Under the pieces are notes generated by a model. That model was not told the origin of the DNA and searched no databases. It worked only from the letters and a program-made list of their open reading frames with translations. 64,000 nucleotides of DNA, taken from the NCBI GenBank assembly GCA_965207735.1, contig OZ242296.1:2048001-2112000 (forward strand), given 5' to 3'. This DNA is from Candidatus Versatilivorator sp. (lineage in GTDB: Bacteria > Acidobacteriota > Terriglobia > Versatilivoradales > Versatilivoraceae). Each line of letters opens with the position of its first letter. The first letter of the stretch is position 1. The translations under genes were made by a program, and so were the position numbers. Positions 21,952-29,435 of this stretch are shown here, piece by piece.

Positions 21952-23082
21952 ATGAGCGACGACCTGTTTGACGCCGTCGAAAAGACCCTGACATCTTCGG
22001 GCTCGGAGGCCGGTTTCGAGTTGCTGATCGAACGATTCCGCCAGGAGAAGCAATTCCCGCTGATTTTCAATGCCCGGCTGATGAAGAAGCGCCACGAATT
22101 GGGCCTGGGACTGATCGAGCTCGACTCCAAACCTGAGCTTCCCAAGGAAAAAGCGGCCCTCTACCAACAGGCCCAGATCGAAGCGGCCCGCGAAGTGGGG
22201 CAATTATTCCTGGACGACGGCGCCATCGAGCAGGCTTGGCCCTACTTCCGGGCCATTGGCGAAACCGGGCCGGTGGCCGCCGCCATCGAAGCGATGGAGC
22301 CCCGAGAGGAGATGGCCGCCGTCATCGAGATCGCCCTTTACGAACGGGTCAACCCCCGCAAGGGCTTCGAGCTGCTTCTGCAAAGCTATGGAACCTGCCG
22401 GGCCATCACCGGCATCCAGCAGTACCCGGCAGAGGAGGGGCGAGCCGAGTGCGTGGCCCTGCTGGTCCGCACGCTCCACGGCGAAGTGCTGGACAACCTG
22501 AAACGCACCATCGCCGAAAAAGAGGGGAACGCTCCCGAGACCTCCTCGGTCACCGCCCTGATTCAGGGGCGGGACTGGCTGTTCGGAAAATTCAGCTACT
22601 ACGTGGACAGCTCCCACCTGCTCTCGGTGGCCCAGATGAGCGTGGACCTGGAAGACCCGGAGACGCTGAAGCTGGCCCTGGAGCTGGCCGAGTACGGCAC
22701 CCACCTTTCTTCCGAATTCCAGTACCGCGGGACCCCGCCCTTCGACGGCTACCTGGATTATGCGTTCTTTCTGAGGGCTCTGCTAGGGCGGGAGGTCGAT
22801 CGGGCCGTCGCCCATTTTCGCGGAAAGCTCCCCCGGGAAACCGGCGAGGACGGGGATTTCAACCCGGCCCAGGTTCTGGTCGGCCTGTTGGCCAGAATCC
22901 AGCGCTATCCAGAAGCCGTGGAGGTGTCTCTCCAGCACCTCGCCGACGTCGACCCGGCCCAGCTCACCTGCCCCAGCGCCGTCCAGTTGTGCCAGCTCGG
23001 AGGGGACTATCGACAGCTCAAGGAAGTGTCCAGGAGCCAGGGAGACCTGTTGAGCTACGTGGCCGGCGTCCTGCAGCACTGA
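21952..23082 (+). CDS. Conserved hypothetical all-helical protein
   Basis: 376-aa ORF with strong GC3 bias; helical, TPR-like character; no motif recognised. Confidence 0.75.
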   Translation: MSDDLFDAVEKTLTSSGSEAGFELLIERFRQEKQFPLIFNARLMKKRHELGLGLIELDSKPELPKEKAALYQQAQIEAAREVGQLFLDDGAIEQAWPYFRAIGETGPVAAAIEAMEPREEMAAVIEIALYERVNPRKGFELLLQSYGTCRAITGIQQYPAEEGRAECVALLVRTLHGEVLDNLKRTIAEKEGNAPETSSVTALIQGRDWLFGKFSYYVDSSHLLSVAQMSVDLEDPETLKLALELAEYGTHLSSEFQYRGTPPFDGYLDYAFFLRALLGREVDRAVAHFRGKLPRETGEDGDFNPAQVLVGLLARIQRYPEAVEVSLQHLADVDPAQLTCPSAVQLCQLGGDYRQLKEVSRSQGDLLSYVAGVLQH

Positions 23083-23115
23083 AGCCGGTGGCGGCATTTC
23101 AGATCGACCCGACGA

Positions 23116-23904
23116 TCAGGATCCCTCGAGCGCCTTCCTCAGATTTTCTCCGTTTCCCTTCAGCCAGTGGAAAAGAACCGTAACGTCGGTTCCCAGGGCG
23201 AAGTGGCGTACACCCAGATCCAGGTAGTACTTGGCCTGGTCGACGCTTTCGATTTCCGCCCGCGGAGGAATACCGTTTTTCAGGCCGGCTTCGATGACCC
23301 GCCGCTCCACCGCCTTGATATCCGGCTGGCGCCACTCGCCGGGCCGCCCGATGCTGAGCGAATAGTCGGCCGGACCCCACTGGATCATGTCGATGCCGCC
23401 CAGCGCCAGGATCTCGTCCAGTTTCTCCACCGCTGTTTTCTTTTCGATCATCAGCGCCACCACCATCTCGTCCAGCGCCCGGGCATACTCCGGCGACCCT
23501 CCGTAGCCCATGTAGGTAATGCGGCGCGTGGCCACCCCGTGATGGCCGCCGGCCTCCGGGGTCTCCGGCTTGACGGCCCGTATGCACTCCTGCACGTCCT
23601 CCACGGTCCGACAGTCCGAGAAGAGAACTCCCTGAAAACCGGACCCGATGCCGCGCTGAGCCAGAAACCCGCGCGGTTCCTGGTCCACCTTGATAATGGC
23701 CGACATGTCATGGAGCTCAACGGCGCGGCAGAAATTATCCAGCGAATTCAGATCGAAGGGAGCATATTCGGCCACGAACTCCACGTAGTCGAAAACGCCC
23801 GTATGTCCCACCACCTCGACCACCGAGGGCCAGATACTGTGCAGATGGGTCGCCAGCGTGGGCTGACCGGACTTGAGCTGTTGCTTGAGCTTGTTTTTCC
23901 TCAA
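23116..23904 (-). CDS. HpcH/HpaI aldolase family protein
   Basis: MRKNKLKQQL..G; FDYVEFVAEYAP; VALMIEKKTAVEKLDEIL..GIDMIQWGPADYSLSIG. Confidence 0.9.
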   Translation of the reverse strand: MRKNKLKQQLKSGQPTLATHLHSIWPSVVEVVGHTGVFDYVEFVAEYAPFDLNSLDNFCRAVELHDMSAIIKVDQEPRGFLAQRGIGSGFQGVLFSDCRTVEDVQECIRAVKPETPEAGGHHGVATRRITYMGYGGSPEYARALDEMVVALMIEKKTAVEKLDEILALGGIDMIQWGPADYSLSIGRPGEWRQPDIKAVERRVIEAGLKNGIPPRAEIESVDQAKYYLDLGVRHFALGTDVTVLFHWLKGNGENLRKALEGS

Positions 23905-23919
23905 CGAAGATCTCCTTGT

Positions 23920-24506
23920 TTATTTAGTGGAGAGTGGAGAGTGAAGAGTGGAGAGTTATTGAATCGACTCGCGAAGCATCTTGTCGGTCTCGCCGCAGTC
24001 CTTCAAACAAGCGCAGTCAGTTCGTCAGATGCTTGCCCGTCTCCGAAACCATCCACTCTCCACAGTTATTTAGTGGAGAGTGAAGAGTGGAGAGTTATTG
24101 AATCGACTCGCGAAGCATCTTGTCGGTCTCGCCGCAGTCCTTCAAACAAGCGCAGTCAGTTCGTCAGATGCTTGCCCGTCCCCGAAACCATCCACTCTCC
24201 ACAGTTATTTAGTGGAGAGTGAAGAGTGGAGAGTTATTGAATCGACTCGCGAAGCATCTTGTCGGTCTCGCCGCAGTCCTTCAAACAAGCGCAGTCAGTT
24301 CGTCAGATGCTTGCCCGTCTCCGAAACCCTCGGCTGACCACTCTTCACTCTTCACTCTTCACTCTCCACTCCTCACTCTCCACTCCTCACTCTCCACTCC
24401 TCACTCTCCACTCCTCACTCTCCACTCCTCACTCTCCACTCTCCACTCTCCACTCTCCACTCTCCACTCCCCACTCTCCACTCTCCACTCTCCACTCTCC
24501 ACTCTC
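23920..24506. repeat. Tandem array of three ~139-146-bp heptamer-bounded units followed by a long (CACTCTC)-type heptamer run
   Basis: Units start at 23920, 24066 and 24205 (TTATTTAGTGGAGAGTG...GAATCGACTCGCGAAGCATCTTGTCGGTCTCGCC...CCGAAACC); heptamer/10-mer run ~24339-24506. Confidence 0.93.
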
Positions 24507-25469
24507 CCCAAGCCCCGCGTCCTCCAATGTCCGCAGCGCTCGCTGGAGGAGGCGTTCCAAGTGCCTTCGGGTATAGACGTCCGGCTGGTAGGCAGCCTGC
24601 CGGCAGCGTGGGTCCTCCAGCCACCCCCTGGCCTGGAGCAGGCGCTTTTCACAGTAGTGGTAGAGTTCAAGGTGCTGCAGCGACAGGAACAGCAGGGGGA
24701 CGATTCTCTCGAAGAAGTGAAACGCCCGGTCGGTGTCCCCTTCCTTTGCCAGCCAAAAAATTCGGTTCAGAAGATCGGCCAGGCCCAACCCCGGCATCAG
24801 ACCACAGATGCCCGCGGGGATCAGCTCCATCATGTACAGCCCGCCCCAGCCGGTAAGGATGCCCACCTCGCCGCCGGTCGCCTCCACCATTGCGGCCACC
24901 TTGGAGGCACTGAGCGGCTCCTCCAGTTTCAGGTAGGCCAGATTGGGGCACTCCGCCCGCAACCGGGTCAGGAAGGCGGTGCTCAGCGTGGGACCTCCCG
25001 GATTGAAGTCCTGTAGCAGGCAGGGGGCGGAGAAGCTGTTGAGGAATGCCGCCAGAAACCTCAACAGATCCTCCTCCGGGACCGGAAACTGCCGGGGGAT
25101 GGCGATGGAAACCAGGTCCGCCCCGGCCTCCAGATTGGATTTTGCCAGCGCGGAGGCCACCTTGGAGGAACCGTGGTTGCACTGGGCGACCACCTTCAGC
25201 CGACCCGCCGCCTGTTCGGCCGCCAGGGCCACCACCCGGGTCCGTTCCTCCTCGGAAAGCTTGTAGAACTCGCTTCCGTAAGCGGGCAGGCAAACGGCAT
25301 CCACCTTGCAGGCGACGGCGAAGTCGACCAGCCGCCGCAGGGCGGCCTCGTCCACCGACTCCCCCGCATCGAAGGGGACCGGGATGATGGGGACGACACC
25401 GCCGATAGCTTTCCCGTCTGGATTCAAGTGCACCTCCAACAACTCTGCCGGGCAGGACAAGTCAGACAA
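24429..25469 (-). CDS. Dihydrodipicolinate synthase (DapA-like) family lyase; 3' end reads into heptamer repeat
   Basis: GGVVPIIPVPF, GSEFYKLSEEER, LQDFNP, PNLAYLKLEE (Schiff-base Lys); tail ESGEWRVESGEW is repeat-derived. Confidence 0.88.
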   Translation of the reverse strand: MSDLSCPAELLEVHLNPDGKAIGGVVPIIPVPFDAGESVDEAALRRLVDFAVACKVDAVCLPAYGSEFYKLSEEERTRVVALAAEQAAGRLKVVAQCNHGSSKVASALAKSNLEAGADLVSIAIPRQFPVPEEDLLRFLAAFLNSFSAPCLLQDFNPGGPTLSTAFLTRLRAECPNLAYLKLEEPLSASKVAAMVEATGGEVGILTGWGGLYMMELIPAGICGLMPGLGLADLLNRIFWLAKEGDTDRAFHFFERIVPLLFLSLQHLELYHYCEKRLLQARGWLEDPRCRQAAYQPDVYTRRHLERLLQRALRTLEDAGLGESGEWRVESGEWGVESGEWRVESGE

Positions 25470-25812
25470 CCTCGCCGCTGCGGCTTCCCCGAACTACGTA
25501 GAACGGCGGCCGCTCCTCCTCCGGACCCATATATTGGAAATCCAACGGCATGTAGTGGCAGATGATGGCCCGCCTCCGATGGGGGGTACGGTTGGACGGC
25601 GTCCCGTGATGGGTCAGGCAATGGTGCAGGGAACCGTGCCCCGGCCTGGCCGGCACCGCCGCCGCTTCGGACTCCTCCACCTGAATTTCCTGAACCGCGG
25701 CCGCCGTGCCGCCGCTGGCCGCCGACAGCGGGCGGCCGCTTCTGTGCTCGGCCAGGCCCCTCTGGTGGCTCCCCGGAATAAAACGCATGCAGCCATTCTC
25801 GATATTTGTCAG
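25462..25812 (-). pseudogene. 3' half of a phytanoyl-CoA dioxygenase (PhyH) family gene
   Basis: NIENGCMRFIPGSH...VPARPGHGSLHHCLTHHGTPSNRTPHRRRA matches the PhyH C-terminal half; the upstream part lacks the HxD iron motif. Confidence 0.7.
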
Positions 25813-25980
25813 TCTCTTCAAGCCAACGCTCCCGTAAAGCGGCTGACCCAGCCTGCCGGCCGGGTCGGTTTTCAACAGATTCTGTGGAAAAAGCTGTGAA
25901 AAACGCCCATTGAATTCACGCAACTGCAAATAAATCCGCGTTTGGAGCAGATTGCACTGCTCCGTGTTCACAGCCCCTGC

Positions 25981-26712
25981 TCAGGAACAGTTCCGGATCC
26001 AGCTCCTGGCCAGTTCATGCTCACGAAAGGCCTGCTCCTCCTCCCGAAACCTCCGGGAGTGGGGGTTCCTGACATCGAAACAGGAACAGGCCAGAAACTT
26101 GGCGTGCAGCATCTCGTGAAAGAGAACGAAACGCACCACCACTTCCGGAACCCCGGGATGGTCCAGCCACCGACTGAGAGTGATGCTCCGGTGGGACGGA
26201 TCGAAGTGACCCAGGATTCTGCGACTCTTCTTCAGGCTCCATCCCAACCGGACAGGAGGCATGCGCCCCTTGAAATACTCGCGGTTGAGATCGTCGAACA
26301 GGGGCGTCAAATGGTAACGACTGCCCTCCGGTCCGGCCAACAGCTTGCGCCCGCGCTTGCGCCGGGAGGCCTGGGCTCTGCGCCTCATCTCGGGTGAGTT
26401 GCTGTATTCCCGGTAGGCCACCCGAGCTTCCCGGGGCAGGTTGCGCCGGTACAACTTGGCAAGCAGGATGGTGGCCAAGGCTTCCAGGACCGGGGCCGGC
26501 GCACGCCTGAAGAGATCGCTGAGCCGAACCAGGAGCCTGCCCTCTCTGAGTCGAACAGTGTGGTTGATTCCCACGAAGCGGTAATACTCCACCCGGATCG
26601 GAGGGCAGAGCCGTTCCCCTTCAAGCGTGCGGTAGGCCTCGGCAAAGATCCCGCCGATTCGCGCAAGAGTCAAACCCCCGACGCCAATGTTCTGCTCAGG
26701 CTGAGTGTTCAT
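25981..26712 (-). CDS. SprT-like/YgjP-like zinc metalloprotease domain protein
   Basis: LFDDLNREYF.G, LGWS, LGHFDP, VLFHEMLH, H...FREEE. Confidence 0.82.
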   Translation of the reverse strand: MNTQPEQNIGVGGLTLARIGGIFAEAYRTLEGERLCPPIRVEYYRFVGINHTVRLREGRLLVRLSDLFRRAPAPVLEALATILLAKLYRRNLPREARVAYREYSNSPEMRRRAQASRRKRGRKLLAGPEGSRYHLTPLFDDLNREYFKGRMPPVRLGWSLKKSRRILGHFDPSHRSITLSRWLDHPGVPEVVVRFVLFHEMLHAKFLACSCFDVRNPHSRRFREEEQAFREHELARSWIRNCS

Positions 26713-26718
26713 CGCCCC

Positions 26719-27405
26719 TCATGGCCTGGCCCGCCGCTTTGCCGGACCTTCCTCCCGAATGACTCCACCGGCCAGCACAATGATCTCCTCCAACGCCTCG
26801 TCCAGGTCCGACAGATAATCGGCAACCTCCTCCGCCAATCGGCTCTCGGCTCTCCCCACTCGGTCCAGCTTGGGGGTAAGCCAGCCGTCGAACTCGGTCA
26901 GGGATTTCCGCAGCTTCTTGAGGGCCTTGCGGAACTTCCTGGCGCTCATGCGTATGGGACGTCCCGTTTCCAGATCCCAAACGCTGAGGGGACGATCCAG
27001 AGGATAGCCTTCCAGGTTGGTTTCGATGTCCTCCAGGCACATCGCCACCTCTGCCATCCATCCCCGGAAGGACAGCGAACGAGCAGCCTCGTCCGGGGCG
27101 CTTTCCCGGTTCCCGGATTTTGCCCGAGGACTGCCGTCCCCGGTCTCGGCGGCCTCCCAGCTGGCCATGGCGCCCTCCATGCGGCGCTTGAAAATGTCGT
27201 TCAGAACCGACATCCGCTGGTGGGGCTTCTGAGAATCGCGAACCTTTTCGATTTCCTCGGGGCTGAGATAGTCGCCGGCTCGGGCATGGATCCCACCGGC
27301 CACAGACAGCAGGAAAGCCCCGGCCGCCAACGCGGTCGCCCAACCGGGCCGGTGGGGCCGCCGCCGGAAAAGACCTCCAAGCGCACGATGGAATCCTGTC
27401 GTCAT
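26719..27405 (-). CDS. Hypothetical exported protein
   Basis: Signal-like segment then DYLSPEEIEKVRDSQ; closely packed in the uvrA operon. Confidence 0.65.
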   Translation of the reverse strand: MTTGFHRALGGLFRRRPHRPGWATALAAGAFLLSVAGGIHARAGDYLSPEEIEKVRDSQKPHQRMSVLNDIFKRRMEGAMASWEAAETGDGSPRAKSGNRESAPDEAARSLSFRGWMAEVAMCLEDIETNLEGYPLDRPLSVWDLETGRPIRMSARKFRKALKKLRKSLTEFDGWLTPKLDRVGRAESRLAEEVADYLSDLDEALEEIIVLAGGVIREEGPAKRRARP

Positions 27406-27409
27406 GGTC

Positions 27410-28045
27410 TCACTCAGGCCCGCATGGAGAGGGATCCTTGGCTGGTTCCGCCGGTCCGGTTCCGCCGGACCCGCTCCCGGAGCGACCGGTGTTGTCGGGT
27501 CCGAACAGCGCCCCAATCATGCGTTGCTTGACAGCTTCGGCACAGGCGATGGTACGGTCGATCGCCTGTTGCCGGTCAAAGGGGTAGAGGGCCCGCAGAT
27601 CGGCCAGTTGCCGCAGCTGCTTGCGCAGAGATATCTCCAGGTGCTTGAACCCGGCCGGCTTGCGCTGGGGGTCCCGTTTCAAATCCTTCAGAATCTGCTC
27701 AGCCCGGCCGACGGTGGCGGAGTATCGCTCCAGGATCCGATCGGCTTCGGAGAAGAGTCCCCTCCTGACCCTGCGGCTGACCATTTCCAGGTCTATGGCC
27801 GACATCTTGATCAGAATCTTCACCCTCTTGACGCTCTTTCCCTGCCGCCTCAGTTTGCCCTGCTGGCCCTGGTACTTTCGTTCCAGCTTGCCGTCCAGGG
27901 CAAGGACGGGAACCGCCAGGGACAGGATCGCCAGACAAACCGGCAGAGACCGGATCCGCCCTCGGAGGCCGCGGCTCCCCTCCGAGAAAAGCCAGCGCCG
28001 CCTTGGGGATCGGGGCACCGCATCGATGGTGGCCATCGCTTTCAA
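27410..28045 (-). CDS. Hypothetical exported protein
   Basis: Hydrophobic segment then basic helical domain (RKPAGFKHLEISLRKQLRQL); operonic spacing. Confidence 0.65.
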   Translation of the reverse strand: MKAMATIDAVPRSPRRRWLFSEGSRGLRGRIRSLPVCLAILSLAVPVLALDGKLERKYQGQQGKLRRQGKSVKRVKILIKMSAIDLEMVSRRVRRGLFSEADRILERYSATVGRAEQILKDLKRDPQRKPAGFKHLEISLRKQLRQLADLRALYPFDRQQAIDRTIACAEAVKQRMIGALFGPDNTGRSGSGSGGTGPAEPAKDPSPCGPE

Positions 28046-28046
28046 A

Positions 28047-29435
28047 CTACCGTCCCCCTGCCTTTTTCTTCAGGGTCTTCAGCCTCTGGCGGACCTGAAA
28101 GCTTTCCCGGTCGTGCTGCCCCTGGTCCAACTCCAGAAACCTCTCGTACAGCGGGATGGCCTTACGATAGTGCCTTAGCCTGTCGTAGGCAACTCCCAGG
28201 TAAAAGTAGGTCATGGCCTCCTCCGGCTGCATTTCCCGATAGCGGTCCAGCAGCGGTATGGCCCGGCCGAAGTCTTCCTGCTTCAGGTAAATGGCGGCGA
28301 GCTTGTTGTAGCACTGGGCGCAGTCGGCGTCCAGTTGCAGGGTCTGAGCCAGTCTCTTCACGGCCGGCTCCCATCGGCCGGCTTGCAGGTGGAGCGATCC
28401 CAGCAGAAAATAGCGTTCCGGGTCGGTGGAGCCGGGCAATCCCTTTTCCAGCAGGGCAACGGCCTCGTCGAATTGCTCCAGGCGAATTTGGAGTTTGGCA
28501 ATCCGCAGGGAGAGCTCCTCCCGCCGCTTGGGGTCCCGATGCCGCTCCAATGCAATTTCAAGCGATTGGATGCCCCGCTCGTGTTCCTTCCGATCCACCT
28601 GCATCCAACCGATGGTCTCGTGCAATTCCGGTCCCGCCGAGGGATCGGCCGCCAGCCGCTCCATATATACCAGGGCCTTCTCCTCCTGGCCCATTTCGAG
28701 GTAAAGGGCCGCCAACCGGCGGTCGCTGGCCTGGAGGTCCTTCGCGTGGGGGCGCGAAGCCAGGACCTGCCTGGCCGCACCGGCATAGTCCTTGTTGGCG
28801 AGAAAAAGGGAGACCAGCGCTTCATGGACGACGGCCTGCTCGTCCGCCGCCTGGGACAGATCCAGCGCCTGCTTGTAGCTGGCTTTCGCTTCCGCCAGGT
28901 TGTCCCCTGAGCGGTGAGCCTCTCCCGCCAGGAAGAAGGGCCGCCAGCTCTCCGGACTCAGGGCCTGGGCCCGCTCGAAATGGGTGAGGGCCTGTGCCGG
29001 GTTCTTGAGGTTGAACCAGATCACCCCCAGGTTCATCTCCGCCTCCCACAGGTCGGGATCGTGCTTGAGGGCTTCCCCGTAGGAGCCGATAGCCTCCTGG
29101 ACCTGGCCGGCTTCGTACTGGGACATCCCCAGGCCAAACCAGGCCACGGGATTACCGGGGTCCTCGATCAAGGCCAGCTGGTAGGCCGAGATGGCTTGCA
29201 GATTCTCCCCGGCCCGGCGGTGGCCCTCGGCCAGGCCGAGGTAATCCAGTTCGGTTTCTTCCGACTCCGGCCTCTCCGCGGCCGCCTCCTCTGTCGCCGG
29301 GAGATCCGAAGCCGTTCCGCCGGCCCTGGAGTCGGCCGGGAGGACCCACCCGGCCAGGATTACCCAGAGGCACAGCAACTCGGCCAGGCGTGCCGGGCGG
29401 AGTGACAACGATCCTTTGATGCGGGCTCTCGCCAT
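28047..29435 (-). CDS. Tetratricopeptide repeat protein
   Basis: Multiple TPR units (AWFGLGMSQYEAGQVQEAIGSYGEALKHDP etc.); signal-like N-terminus. Confidence 0.9.
   Translation of the reverse strand: MARARIKGSLSLRPARLAELLCLWVILAGWVLPADSRAGGTASDLPATEEAAAERPESEETELDYLGLAEGHRRAGENLQAISAYQLALIEDPGNPVAWFGLGMSQYEAGQVQEAIGSYGEALKHDPDLWEAEMNLGVIWFNLKNPAQALTHFERAQALSPESWRPFFLAGEAHRSGDNLAEAKASYKQALDLSQAADEQAVVHEALVSLFLANKDYAGAARQVLASRPHAKDLQASDRRLAALYLEMGQEEKALVYMERLAADPSAGPELHETIGWMQVDRKEHERGIQSLEIALERHRDPKRREELSLRIAKLQIRLEQFDEAVALLEKGLPGSTDPERYFLLGSLHLQAGRWEPAVKRLAQTLQLDADCAQCYNKLAAIYLKQEDFGRAIPLLDRYREMQPEEAMTYFYLGVAYDRLRHYRKAIPLYERFLELDQGQHDRESFQVRQRLKTLKKKAGGR

Noticed and set aside
23920-24340. 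CRISPR array
   Set aside because: Units are ~139 bp and nearly identical throughout, with no unique spacers; no cas genes in the window.
23167-25016. ORFs with SPLSTLH / ESGEWRV repeats as real repeat proteins
   Set aside because: They are translations of the heptamer DNA repeat and antisense to real genes.
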